This document shows, piece after piece, positions 18,698 to 28,265 of a stretch of 64,000 nt of DNA. The notes under the pieces are model-generated. The model was not told where the DNA came from. It made no database searches and saw nothing but the letters and a program-made list of their open reading frames with translations. Each line of letters begins with the position of its first letter. Positions within the stretch are counted from its first letter, which is position 1. Location of the stretch: the NCBI RefSeq assembly GCF_913777465.1, contig NZ_CAJYRQ010000027.1; one strand, written 5' to 3'. This stretch comes from an uncultured Chryseobacterium sp. Its GTDB lineage: Bacteria; Bacteroidota; Bacteroidia; Flavobacteriales; Weeksellaceae. Both the position numbers and the translations under genes were made by a program.

Positions 18698-20059
18698 ATG
18701 AAGTTTTTAAATAAAAACTATACCAAAGAATGCCTGACCCTCGCACTGCCGGTGATGCTGACGCAGGTAGGACAGGTTTCAGTAAACCTCTTCGACAATA
18801 TTATCGTGGGAAATCTTCTTGGAGCCGATGCGCTGGCTTCCGTTTCGCTGGGAAATGCCGTCTTTTTCTCCATGTTTGTTCTGGCGCTGGGCTTCTCTTT
18901 TGCCATTCCGCCGCTGGTTTCGCAGGCACATTCACAGCATGACCATCAGACGATCAATTCGGTATTCAGCCACGGCTTTGTCATCAACATGACGGTGGGA
19001 ATTTTACTGATGGGAGTTTTGTTGCTGGGAATGCCGCTTTTGTATCAATCGGGACAGCCGGAAAAGATCATTCCCAACACCGTGGATTTCCTGACGATCA
19101 TGGCCATCAGCATTGTTCCGTTTATGGCTTTCCAGACGTTGAGGGAAGTTTCGGAAGGCTTGTCTTACACAATCGGGGTAACCAAAGCTACGATTATTGC
19201 CAATGTGATAAATATTGTACTGAATTATGTCTTCATCAAAGGGCTTTTCGGATTGCCGCCGATGGGCGTGAAAGGTTCTGCACTGGCCAGTCTCATTGCC
19301 CGGATCTTTATGGTAGTCTTTCTCTATTTTGTTTTATTAAAGGAAAAGAAAACCGGACAGTATATTAAGGATTTTTCTTTGAAGATTCAGGTGTTCAGCA
19401 AAAAAATGTTTGAGAGAATGATCCGTTTGGGATTCCCGACGGCTTTGCAAATGTTCTTTGAAGTAACGGCTTTTGCCGGGGCTGCCTTTATCTGCGGACT
19501 GATTTCGGCACATGATATCGCTTCCCACCAGATTGCGCTGAGCATGGCATCCTTCACCTTTAACTTATGCATCGGCTTCAGTGTAGCTTCTACCGTAATG
19601 ATCGGCAGAAAAGTAGGCGAAGGAAATTTTGTGGAATTAAGGAAAGTCGGCATCAACAACCTGAAAATCGCTTTTGTCTTCATGTGCATTTGCGGGATCA
19701 TTTTTGTTCTCGGACGGAACATCCTCCCGACGTTCTTTACCAAAAAAGAAGAAGTAGAAGTGATCGCGCTGGCGGCCAGATTAATGATCATCGCTGCTTT
19801 GTTCCAGCTGTCGGACGGCATTCAGGTTACGGCTCTGGGAATGCTCCGGGGATTGCAGGATGTGAAAATTCCATCCATCTACACTTTTATTGCCTACTGG
19901 ATCATTACCATCCCATTGGGCTACCTGCTGTGCTTTACTTTAAAAATGGGCGCTTTCGGAATGTGGATCGCGCTCGGACTCGGGCTAACGATTTCGGCAG
20001 TGATGCTGGTGAAACGGTTCCTGAATTTATCTGCGAGAAGAATTAAACAGAATGTATAA
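18698..20059 (+). CDS. MATE family efflux transporter (NorM-like)
   Basis: LALPVMLTQ, DNIIVGNLLGADALASVSL, 12 predicted TMs, QLSDGIQ..GMLRGLQD and GAFGMWIAL motifs. Confidence 0.93.
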   Translation: MKFLNKNYTKECLTLALPVMLTQVGQVSVNLFDNIIVGNLLGADALASVSLGNAVFFSMFVLALGFSFAIPPLVSQAHSQHDHQTINSVFSHGFVINMTVGILLMGVLLLGMPLLYQSGQPEKIIPNTVDFLTIMAISIVPFMAFQTLREVSEGLSYTIGVTKATIIANVINIVLNYVFIKGLFGLPPMGVKGSALASLIARIFMVVFLYFVLLKEKKTGQYIKDFSLKIQVFSKKMFERMIRLGFPTALQMFFEVTAFAGAAFICGLISAHDIASHQIALSMASFTFNLCIGFSVASTVMIGRKVGEGNFVELRKVGINNLKIAFVFMCICGIIFVLGRNILPTFFTKKEEVEVIALAARLMIIAALFQLSDGIQVTALGMLRGLQDVKIPSIYTFIAYWIITIPLGYLLCFTLKMGAFGMWIALGLGLTISAVMLVKRFLNLSARRIKQNV

Positions 20060-20063
20060 TATA

Positions 20064-20095
20064 AAAGCGGTCCTTATGGATCGCTTTATTTTTTT
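20064..20095 (+). terminator. Intrinsic terminator after MATE
   Basis: aaagcggtcc-ttat-ggatcgcttt followed by a T-rich tract. Confidence 0.75.
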
Positions 20096-20166
20096 ACTTT
20101 AATCAGTCTGTAGACATTCGTATTTTATCTTATGAAATTTTTTCTTATTTTTAAATAAACATTTAA

Positions 20167-20472
20167 ATGATGAGAACAGTTGTCTGGACAGAAACTGCTG
20201 AAAAGTCTTACAAAGATAATTTGGAATACCTTTCGGAATATTGGTCAAAGAAAGAAATCAGGACCTTTATGGATAAGGTTGATGAAGCTATATCCAACAT
20301 TATGATATATCCTTTTATGGGCAGCATTTCTAATGACCATATCCAGTACAGAAAATATTTAATTGTCCCACAAATATATTTATATTACCGCATAACACCG
20401 GAAAAAATATACTTGGTAGCCTTTTGGAACAACTTCCAGAATCCGGACCATTTAAAGGAACTTCTCACGTAA
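20167..20472 (+). CDS. Type II toxin, RelE/ParE family
   Basis: VVWTETAEKSY, I..YPFMG, YRKYLI, YLYYRI and LVAFWNNFQNP pattern typical of Bacteroidetes RelE/ParE toxins. Confidence 0.82.
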   Translation: MMRTVVWTETAEKSYKDNLEYLSEYWSKKEIRTFMDKVDEAISNIMIYPFMGSISNDHIQYRKYLIVPQIYLYYRITPEKIYLVAFWNNFQNPDHLKELLT

Positions 20473-20748
20473 TTCTTTGTTCACCTCTGCATGTTCACGA
20501 TATCTTCCATTCTCAATATCGCTCTCAGACTGCTCTAGTTCCAACAGCAATGCTTCACGAGGGGATAATATTTTAGCCAAAACCAGCATCTCATCCGGTG
20601 TAAAAGATTGGGCATTCAGTTTTCTGTAAAACGTAGCAGGCGCTATTCCGGTCTTGTCAATAAGATAATTCTTTTTATAAGGGCTTGCGTTAATAAGCGC
20701 ATCTATTTCATTTACAACCTTCTTATAATTTAAAATTTCCTGTATCAT
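20452..20748 (-). CDS. Putative antitoxin (HTH-like N-terminus, acidic C-terminal toxin-binding helix)
   Basis: KTGIAPATFYRKL (HTH-like), then ELEQSESDIENGRYREHAEV, which resembles the 'DI..GR...H.EV' tail of RelE/ParE-associated antitoxins. Confidence 0.68.
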   Translation of the reverse strand: MIQEILNYKKVVNEIDALINASPYKKNYLIDKTGIAPATFYRKLNAQSFTPDEMLVLAKILSPREALLLELEQSESDIENGRYREHAEVNKELREKFL

Positions 20749-20778
20749 TTTTGATATTTTTTCATCTCGTAATTAATA

Positions 20779-20810
20779 CAAATATAAGAAAGAATTATTT
20801 AGATCTCAAA
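20779..20810 (-). promoter_or_regulatory. Consensus Bacteroidetes sigmaA promoter for the antitoxin gene
   Basis: On the minus strand, TTTG (20810-20807), 20 nt spacer, TATATTTG (20786-20779) match TTTG-N19-21-TAnnTTTG. Confidence 0.65.
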
Positions 20811-20819
20811 TTATCCTGT

Positions 20820-21326
20820 TTAACCAGAAATCCTTTTCCCCAAAATCACCAGCGTCCTCTCTACTCCATCCAGCACGGCAACATCCGGAAAGACGCCCCA
20901 GTCTTCGAAACCGAAGTGGCGGAATAATTTCAGGCTGGGCTCATTATGCAGAAAGATAAATCCCAGTAATGTTTTCACGTCAAACTTCGGCGCATTATTG
21001 ATACAATATTGCAGGACTTTTTTTCCGTATCCCTTTCCGCGGGAATTCTCGGCCATGTAAATGCTCAGCTCTACGGTTCCATTATAAGCCGGCCTTCCGT
21101 AAAATGAAGAAAAGCTGACCCATCCCAATACGGCACCCTGCTGATCTTCGATCATCCACAGCGGCCTTCGGTCAGGCGTATGTTCATGAAACCACCGAAC
21201 CCTGCTTTCCACGGAAATATCTTCCGTATCGGCAGTGACCATTCTTGAAGGAATGGTAGAGTTATAAATTTCTACGATTTTGGTTAAATCTTCCGGCGTT
21301 GCATTCCTGAATTTCAGTTCTTCCAT
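20820..21326 (-). CDS. GNAT N-acetyltransferase (YncA/MnaT/phosphinothricin acetyltransferase-like)
   Basis: IYNSTI..RMVTAD, FYGRPAYNGTVELSIY, RGKGYG and NEPSLKLF..FGF motifs. Confidence 0.88.
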   Translation of the reverse strand: MEELKFRNATPEDLTKIVEIYNSTIPSRMVTADTEDISVESRVRWFHEHTPDRRPLWMIEDQQGAVLGWVSFSSFYGRPAYNGTVELSIYMAENSRGKGYGKKVLQYCINNAPKFDVKTLLGFIFLHNEPSLKLFRHFGFEDWGVFPDVAVLDGVERTLVILGKRISG

Positions 21327-21379
21327 TGGAGGTCGGCATTTCTGCAAAGATACGCGAAGATTTTCCAGCGGCCTATACC

Positions 21380-21958
21380 CTATTCTTCGGAATTGTTCTC
21401 CTGCAGTTCTTTTAGGGAGCGGTTCAGGCTTCTTACGGTAATCCCGAGATAAGCCGCCATATCTTCTTTGGAAATTTCCATCTCCCTGGACTTTACTTCC
21501 AGAAGCTGGGACAGGGTATGTTCTGTGGTGTGAAGCTGCTGATAGGAAGCCCGGCTTGAGGTATTGACAATTCTTTCAGCGAAAACATCCAGCAGCAAAT
21601 TGTTTAGTGCCAGGTCATTTTTGATTAGCGACTGAAAGTATGGAATTGACATGGAATAGACCGTTACCTCCGTAATGGCTTCAATGCTGCAAAGGCAGGG
21701 AACATTTTTAATGACTTCTATTTCACCGACGATCTCCCCTTTTCCCAGAAACTCAACAATATATTCCTTATCGTTTTCTTCTACGAAATAGCATTTGGTA
21801 ATCCCGGTTTTAATCAGCATGATCTTCGTGGAGATCTCATTTTGGGTCAGTATTTTATCTCCTTTTTCAAATGATTTCAACACAATATTGCCTTTATGAT
21901 CCTGCCGGGTATACAGCTGCTCCAAATAATCTAAAAATGTCTGATTGGTACGTAACAT
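21380..21958 (-). CDS. Crp/Fnr-family transcriptional regulator
   Basis: cNMP-binding fold (FEKGDKIL..Q, LIKTGITK, GEIVGE) and a C-terminal HTH (SKEDMAAYLGITVRSLNR). Confidence 0.88.
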   Translation of the reverse strand: MLRTNQTFLDYLEQLYTRQDHKGNIVLKSFEKGDKILTQNEISTKIMLIKTGITKCYFVEENDKEYIVEFLGKGEIVGEIEVIKNVPCLCSIEAITEVTVYSMSIPYFQSLIKNDLALNNLLLDVFAERIVNTSSRASYQQLHTTEHTLSQLLEVKSREMEISKEDMAAYLGITVRSLNRSLKELQENNSEE

Positions 21959-22048
21959 ATTTTCGGTTGGGACAAATGTCCTTTTCTTATTTATTTTTTA
22001 TACTGAATTTTGTCGGCAGAAAAATACAAAAACTAAAGTAAACAGAAT

Positions 22049-22738
22049 ATGAATAATTTGATAACGACCATTGCATTTGATGCGGATGATACCCTTTGGA
22101 TCAACGAGCCTTATTTCCAGGAAGCGGAAAACAAATTCTGCGCACTGCTGGAAGATTACCTTCCTCAGCATTCCGTTTCTCAGGAATTGTTTAAAACCGA
22201 AATGCAGAACCTTCATCTGTATGGATACGGGATTAAAGGATTTATGCTTTGCATGGTAGAAACGGTCTGCCGTATTTCAAATTCAACCGCTTCCATGGAA
22301 CTTATCAGCAAAACCATTGAAATCGGGCACGAACTGTTGATGAAACCGGTCGAACTTCTTGACGGAGTAGCGGAAACTTTAGAAAGCCTTAAAGGAAAAT
22401 ACCGGCTGGTGGTTGCCACAAAAGGAGATCTGCTGGATCAGGAACGGAAATTAAAAAAATCCGGACTGCAGGATTATTTTCATCATATCGAAATCATGAG
22501 CGATAAAAAGGAAAATGACTACCGGAAATTATTGAAACACCTGGATTGTAAACCGGAACAGTTTCTCATGCTGGGAAATTCTATCAAATCGGACATCGTA
22601 CCGGTACTGGAAATCGGTGGTTTTGCGGGGCATATTCCATACCATGTCACCTGGACTCACGAACAGTATGACGTTCAATTGGAGCATGACCGTTTTCTGG
22701 AATTTAAAAACATTAAAGAGGTGTTGAATTATTTGTGA
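22049..22738 (+). CDS. HAD-superfamily hydrolase
   Basis: FDADDTLW motif I, ATKGD, SDKKE and MLGNSIKSDI motifs. Confidence 0.9.
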   Translation: MNNLITTIAFDADDTLWINEPYFQEAENKFCALLEDYLPQHSVSQELFKTEMQNLHLYGYGIKGFMLCMVETVCRISNSTASMELISKTIEIGHELLMKPVELLDGVAETLESLKGKYRLVVATKGDLLDQERKLKKSGLQDYFHHIEIMSDKKENDYRKLLKHLDCKPEQFLMLGNSIKSDIVPVLEIGGFAGHIPYHVTWTHEQYDVQLEHDRFLEFKNIKEVLNYL

Positions 22739-22822
22739 CATGGTTTTGAAAGCTTTATGTTGTAGCCTTACTCTGGTTCACTTAATTTAAGCTATTCTCA
22801 TGAAATCATTAAACGCTGCTCT

Positions 22823-23042
22823 TGTCATTGACTGCGTCGAATCTTCGATTTCCCGCAGGGAATCTAAACATGGTATTACACATTCGTATGGAAAGACAAC
22901 CGGACGTTTAGTTTTCAAGCCAAATTTCCTTTGCACCATGTTTGTCATTCCCGCAGGGAATCTAATTATCGCATTAGAGATTCGCATGGAAAGATTCGTA
23001 TATAGATTCCTACGGAAAGACAACCGGACGTTTAGTTTTCAA
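22823..23042. repeat. Degenerate REPIN/BIME-like cluster
   Basis: ttcccgcagggaatctaa at 22850-22867 and 22948-22965. A 29-bp ggaaagacaaccggacgtttagttttcaa at 22890-22918 and 23014-23042. The gtcattcc..ggaatcta and tagattcc..ggaaagac arms are inverted. Confidence 0.75.
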
Positions 23043-23077
23043 TCTAAGTTTCCTTTCCGTCGATGATAACCAACAAA

Positions 23078-23102
23078 AGACCCGCTCAGAAGAGCGGGTT
23101 TC
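23078..23102. terminator. Terminator hairpin for the S9 peptidase (minus strand)
   Basis: acccgctc-agaa-gagcgggt with an A-rich left flank. Confidence 0.7.
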
Positions 23103-23107
23103 AGCAT

Positions 23108-25510
23108 TTATTTTTTAAGGCATTTTTCCAGGAATTGATCCTGTTCCCAAAGCAAATGCAGGATGTTTTCTTTCGCGGCATAGCCATGCGCTTCTTTCGG
23201 CAGCAGCACCATCTTTACCGGAGCCCCCAGGTTTTTCAGGGCCTGGAAATAACGTTCGGTCTGTAAGGTGAACGTCCCGGGATTGTTATCGGCATCCCCG
23301 TGAATCAGCAGCAAAGGTGTCTTCATTTTATCGGCATTCATAAACGGCGACATGGTGTTGTAAATTTCCGGCACGTCCCAGTAATTTCTCTGTTCGCTCT
23401 GGAAACCGAATGGCGTCAGCGTCCGGTTGTAAGCTCCGCTCCGGGCAATTCCGCAGGCAAACAGCTTGGAATGCGTCAACAGGTTGGCCGTCATGAAAGC
23501 ACCATACGAATGCCCTCCCACCGCTACTTTTTTACGGTCGATATAGCCCAGCTGTTCCACGGCATTAATGGCTGCTTCCGCATTGGCTACCAATTGCGGG
23601 ATAAAGGTGTCGTTCGGTTCGGTTTTACCTTCGCCGATGATCGGGAATGCCGCATCATCAAGAACGGCATATCCTTTTGTGGTCCAGTATACGAAAGAAC
23701 CGTAGGAAGGGAAGGTAAAATCATTTGGGTTCTGGTTGTTTTGCCCGGCTGTATTTTTGTCTTTGTATTCCGTAGGATAAGCCCAGATCAGCAATGGCAG
23801 CTTTTCGGTTTTGGCCTTGCGGTCGTAGTTGGCAGGAAGGTAAAGCGTTCCCGTTAAAGTCACCCCATCATTTCTTTTATAGGTAATCACCTCTTTGTAA
23901 ACATCCTTAATACTTTCAAACGGATTGGCAAAATCGGTTACCGCTTCCGCCTTACCGGACTTGATGCTTTTTTTGAAATAATTCGGGTACTGACTGGAAG
24001 ACTGCTGGATCGTAAGCACTTCACCTTTGGAAGGATTCAGGACATCGATGATCTCTTCCTTGCCGTTTTTAAGACTGGAAGTATAGAGTCTCTTTTTCTT
24101 CAGGGTTTTCATATCCATTTCATCCAGAAAAGGATGCTGCCCATCTTTGGTAAATCCGGCTCCGATGAGGTAGGATTTCCCGCCCTTCATATCCACGACA
24201 TATCTTCCGTACTGGTTTTTGGTAGTGTTGAAATTTCCGGGATCGCTGTAAATATCCTGATAATTCCGGTTTTCCAGAACTTTCGATTCTCCGGTATTCA
24301 GGTCTACGAGATAAGAAGTCGTATTTCTCGTATCGTACCAGCCTTCCGAAACAATCGCGTAATGATCGTTGGTCCAGCTTACATTTTCATACCGCTGTCT
24401 GGTTTTAAAAAAAGATTTCGGTGTATTGGTGAAAGGTGCTTCCCAGGTAAAAACCTCATCGCGGTAATCGGCTGTCTTCGATTGGTCGCCACCATCCAGC
24501 GCTTCGGTGTAAACCAAAGTGGCCGGCATATCGCTTCTCCAGCCCATATCTCTTTTTCCGGTACGTACGGAAGAGAAACCTTTCGGCATAATTTCATTCA
24601 GAGGAATTTCGTTTACCACTTTTACCGTATTTCCGTTCATGTCGTAAACGGTGGTCGTCATTGGGAAGCGGCTAAGCGGAACGATATAGGAGAATGGTTT
24701 TTTAATCGTTGTCGCCATCAGGTAATTGCCGTCCGGCGAGAAGCTCAGTCCGGAATACAGATCCCGGTCCTTTACTTTTTTTAAACTGCCGTTAAGATCA
24801 ACATTATAAACTTCCGAAGCCGTCAGGATTTCAAAATTCTTTTCGTCCTGGGGATTTTTCAGCAGGTCCTGGTAGGTTCTGTTCTGTGAAACTTTCCCGT
24901 CGGCGGTCGATACGATCGGGCCTGTCGGAAGGTCTTTACTCGCATCAATTAAAGTTCCCCTGTTTTGGGGAAGGGTTTTGATCAGCAAATGCTGCGAATC
25001 TTTATACCAAAGGTAAGGGCTTCCCAAATTGGCGTTCAGATTGTCGGAAGTGATTTTTTTGGCAGCAGCCGTTTCCAGATCGACGATCCACAATTCCACT
25101 CCTTTATCGGTGGTGTTGGTAAAAGCCAGTTGCTTTTCGTCCGGTGAAAATGAAGTATAGGCAATTTTAGGATTTGCCGGTAAATTCTTAACCTGCACTT
25201 CCGTTTTATCGTTCATCCTTCTTACTTTCAGGTTATTGACGTAAGTCATCGAGCTTGAAATGTTCGTTACCGGGTTGATCCTCAATCCGCCCAGTTTCAT
25301 CTCCTGCTGGCTCAGATCCTCCAGTGTCTTGTAAGTCGGACGGTAGCTGAAAACGATCCAGTCTTTTTTACTGTTCATTAAAACACCTGGAGGACGTTCA
25401 TAATCCGCCAGCTTCAGAATCTCCGCAGAAGGTTTCTGGTAGGTAATGCTTTCCTGTGCTTCGTAGAAATTTAGAAATGCAAGAAGGCATATGGTTAACT
25501 TTATCTTCAT
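23108..25510 (-). CDS. S9 family (prolyl oligopeptidase-like) secreted peptidase
   Basis: Signal peptide from ATG 25510, beta-propeller region, GGHSYG nucleophile, HGDADNN (Asp) and EAHGY (His). Confidence 0.92.
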   Translation of the reverse strand: MKIKLTICLLAFLNFYEAQESITYQKPSAEILKLADYERPPGVLMNSKKDWIVFSYRPTYKTLEDLSQQEMKLGGLRINPVTNISSSMTYVNNLKVRRMNDKTEVQVKNLPANPKIAYTSFSPDEKQLAFTNTTDKGVELWIVDLETAAAKKITSDNLNANLGSPYLWYKDSQHLLIKTLPQNRGTLIDASKDLPTGPIVSTADGKVSQNRTYQDLLKNPQDEKNFEILTASEVYNVDLNGSLKKVKDRDLYSGLSFSPDGNYLMATTIKKPFSYIVPLSRFPMTTTVYDMNGNTVKVVNEIPLNEIMPKGFSSVRTGKRDMGWRSDMPATLVYTEALDGGDQSKTADYRDEVFTWEAPFTNTPKSFFKTRQRYENVSWTNDHYAIVSEGWYDTRNTTSYLVDLNTGESKVLENRNYQDIYSDPGNFNTTKNQYGRYVVDMKGGKSYLIGAGFTKDGQHPFLDEMDMKTLKKKRLYTSSLKNGKEEIIDVLNPSKGEVLTIQQSSSQYPNYFKKSIKSGKAEAVTDFANPFESIKDVYKEVITYKRNDGVTLTGTLYLPANYDRKAKTEKLPLLIWAYPTEYKDKNTAGQNNQNPNDFTFPSYGSFVYWTTKGYAVLDDAAFPIIGEGKTEPNDTFIPQLVANAEAAINAVEQLGYIDRKKVAVGGHSYGAFMTANLLTHSKLFACGIARSGAYNRTLTPFGFQSEQRNYWDVPEIYNTMSPFMNADKMKTPLLLIHGDADNNPGTFTLQTERYFQALKNLGAPVKMVLLPKEAHGYAAKENILHLLWEQDQFLEKCLKK

Positions 25511-25634
25511 AATAATTTCGATTTGCACGAATTTAATGAATTTTATTACGATAGCAAAAGGTTGTGGCTTTTGGAAAAGGAGATCCGAATTCAATCTGAT
25601 CTCTAAACAAACCTTCAAGGTTTAAAACGACAAC

Positions 25635-25665
25635 AAAAAAGAGCGGTAAAATTTACCACTCTTTC
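25635..25665. terminator. Terminator hairpin for doxX (minus strand)
   Basis: aaaaaagagcggtaaa / tttaccactcttt imperfect stem. Confidence 0.6.
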
Positions 25666-25694
25666 TTTATTTATAATTTATATTTTAAATCGGA

Positions 25695-26123
25695 TTACCA
25701 GTCGTTGGCTCTTTTCCGTTTTTCAATCATATAATCTACGGAAACCTTTCCTACTCCGAATACCATCAGCAGAAGATAGACGGCCAGGTAAACCAGGCTC
25801 ATTTCCTGCTTGGCAAAAGGGTCTGATGCATGGACTACAAATCCGGCAATAACCATTGTAAAGATGAGAAAGCCTAATGCGATTCTTGAAAAAAGTCCCA
25901 GGATCAGAAAAATGGAACATACGAATTCAGCAAAAACCGTCAGCCCAAGCGATAATTGCGGGCCCATTCCCAGAAAATTGTAGAAATCACTTTTTCCGTC
26001 GATCAGCATCTGCATCTTGGGAAACCCATGGGACAGCATGGCAAAACCGATAAACACCCTCACCACCAATAACGCAATATCTTTTACCACCGAATCAGAA
26101 TTTGTTGAGCTTGTGTAGTTCAT
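25695..26123 (-). CDS. DoxX family membrane protein
   Basis: LLVVRVFIGFAMLSHGFPK, AEFVCSIFLILGL and G.GKVSVD motifs. Confidence 0.9.
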   Translation of the reverse strand: MNYTSSTNSDSVVKDIALLVVRVFIGFAMLSHGFPKMQMLIDGKSDFYNFLGMGPQLSLGLTVFAEFVCSIFLILGLFSRIALGFLIFTMVIAGFVVHASDPFAKQEMSLVYLAVYLLLMVFGVGKVSVDYMIEKRKRANDW

Positions 26124-26190
26124 TGAAAGAGATTTAAATTTAAAGATAACAAAAATCTTTTAATACAACGGCTTTCAGGCAGCTTTTAGT

Positions 26191-27066
26191 CTACCGGTAC
26201 CCGAAATTTTTAAGGTCCCTGTCGTTTTTTCGCCAGTCTTTTTTCACCTTTACGAAGAGGTTCAGATGGATTTTCTTATTGAAGAACTTTTCCAGATCCA
26301 TTCTCGATTCGGTTCCTACTTTTTTGATGGCTTCCCCTTTGTGGCCGATGATAATACCTTTTTGGGTATCGCGCTCTACGTAAATGATGGAATCGATAAA
26401 AATAATCCCTTCTTTTTCCTTAAACTGCTCCGTCACCACTTCTACGGAATACGGGATTTCCTTTTCGTAGTTCAGTAGAATTTTCTCTCGGATGGCTTCA
26501 TTCACGAAGAACCGTTCCGGCTTGTCCGTATATTGGTCTTTATCATAATACGGCGGGTTTTCCGGCAGCAAAGATTTAATCTTCGGAAGAATAATATCGG
26601 TATTGAAAGCATTCAGGGCAGAGATGGGAAGGATCTCCGCTTTCGGGATCCTTTCATGCCAGGTTTCTACCAGCTTTTCAAGACCTTCCTGGTTGGTCTG
26701 GTCCACTTTATTCAGCAACAGTAAAACAGGTACCGGAATTTTATTCAGTTTATCGATCAGGAATTCGGAAGGTTCGGCTTTATCGGTGACGTCTACGATG
26801 AATAGGAAAACATCTGCATCCTGAAGGGAATCCTTTACGAAATCCATCATTTTTTCCTGCAATCCGTATTTCGGATCGAGGACGCCCGGCGTATCGGAAA
26901 ATACGATCTGCAAATCTTCCTCGTTATAAATTCCAAAAATCCTGTGGCGGGTCGTCTGTGCCTTTTGGGTAACAATCGCCAGCTTCTCTCCCATCAGTTG
27001 GTTCAACAAGGTCGATTTTCCGGCATTCGGCTTTCCGACGATATTTACAAATCCTGCTTTGTGCAT
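26191..27066 (-). CDS. era: GTPase Era
   Basis: GKPNAGKS, QTTR, DTPG and NKVD motifs, plus a KH domain (QKGIIIGHKG). Confidence 0.97.
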   Translation of the reverse strand: MHKAGFVNIVGKPNAGKSTLLNQLMGEKLAIVTQKAQTTRHRIFGIYNEEDLQIVFSDTPGVLDPKYGLQEKMMDFVKDSLQDADVFLFIVDVTDKAEPSEFLIDKLNKIPVPVLLLLNKVDQTNQEGLEKLVETWHERIPKAEILPISALNAFNTDIILPKIKSLLPENPPYYDKDQYTDKPERFFVNEAIREKILLNYEKEIPYSVEVVTEQFKEKEGIIFIDSIIYVERDTQKGIIIGHKGEAIKKVGTESRMDLEKFFNKKIHLNLFVKVKKDWRKNDRDLKNFGYR

Positions 27067-27193
27067 AAAATAATATTAAGAAATGCAAAGTTAATAAAAC
27101 TAAACCGGTCTTTCGGCTAATCATGAAGATTAAAACCAAAAAGCCCTTCCAAAATTCAGGAAAGGCTTTTCTTTATTCGTATTTCTGTCTAAT

Positions 27194-28033
27194 TTACAGG
27201 CAACGGCTTTTCATGAAATCCAGGCTGCCCGCTGCAAGTGTATCGGCGTCATACGGTGATTTCTGCCATAAGGAAACCATCTGCTGCATGCCGGGCACCG
27301 AAGATGAGAAGTTTTCGAGAACAAGATTTCCTTCAAAATCAATTTCCTTCAAAGCGGCGAACAGCTGATCCCAGTTTACGGTTCCTTCACCTAACATTCC
27401 GCGGTGGGATTCTGTCATGTGGATGTGCTTCAGCTTTTTACCGGCCAGAACCACAGGGTCATAAAAGTTGTTTTCCTCGATATTCATGTGGAAGGTATCG
27501 AGGTGAAGGTATAAATTGTCTTTTCCTGTTTTTGAAATCAGATCCAGTACATTTTCTGCCGTATTGCAGACGTAGGTTTCATAGCGGTTAATCGGTTCGA
27601 TTCCGATATTCACGCCTTTCTCTTTGGCATAATCCGCAATATGGCTCCAGACCTGGATAATAATTTCAGCTTCATTTTCGGTCAAAGGATTTCCCGAGAA
27701 AACACCGATCCCGCCGTGCAGGACCCCACCCAGAAAATCGGTTTCCAGTTCGGAGGCCTTATCGACTGCCTGTCGGATCAGGCTTTCGGCTGCTTCGGGA
27801 TAAAAGGCAATGTGGGCTTCTTTGGGAAGATTCAGGGAACAGACCACCTCAAGCTTGTTATCTTTAAGCTGCTTCTTCACTTCTTGGGCATCAAACTCCA
27901 TCGATGGTGGAAGCAAGACCTCGATAAGGTCGAACCCGGCCCGGGCTGTTTTTTCAATTGCATATTTTCCGGCTTCAGGACTCCAGACCGGAGTGATCCA
28001 TGAAAGGAGCGATGCTCCGAATTTTATATTCAT
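27194..28033 (-). CDS. Ketose 3-epimerase (D-psicose/D-tagatose 3-epimerase family, AP_endonuc_2 TIM barrel)
   Basis: Catalytic and metal motifs GIEPINRYE, LHLDTFHMNIEE, HIHMTESHRG..GEG.V.W and LVLENF. Confidence 0.82.
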   Translation of the reverse strand: MNIKFGASLLSWITPVWSPEAGKYAIEKTARAGFDLIEVLLPPSMEFDAQEVKKQLKDNKLEVVCSLNLPKEAHIAFYPEAAESLIRQAVDKASELETDFLGGVLHGGIGVFSGNPLTENEAEIIIQVWSHIADYAKEKGVNIGIEPINRYETYVCNTAENVLDLISKTGKDNLYLHLDTFHMNIEENNFYDPVVLAGKKLKHIHMTESHRGMLGEGTVNWDQLFAALKEIDFEGNLVLENFSSSVPGMQQMVSLWQKSPYDADTLAAGSLDFMKSRCL

Positions 28034-28265
28034 TTTTAATTTTAATTTTTTTTTTCTGTTTAAATTTTCATTTAGGAACGCTCCGTTGTTTTTCTTCATT
28101 TTCCGAATAAAACTAAACTTGGTTTATCCTTCACTTTAATAAGAAGCTTTTTCTGCAAACTTAATTTCAATGAGTAAAAATGAACTGGCAAAGTTTTGAT
28201 TTTTAACAACAAAAGGATCTTAATTTCTTCAGGTTTACAAATAATCGCCAGATTTATACAGGCTT

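Noticed and set aside
20160-20456. 8-bp inverted repeat (tttaaatg / catttaaa) around the toxin as an invertible switch restoring a canonical TA operon
   Set aside because: Too short for AT-rich DNA, no recombinase nearby, and the toxin's present C-terminus (NPDHLKELLT) already looks native.
22890-23042. Two identical 29-bp repeats as a possible mini-CRISPR
   Set aside because: Only two copies, a 95-nt spacer containing other repeats, and no cas genes. Better explained as a REP-like duplication.
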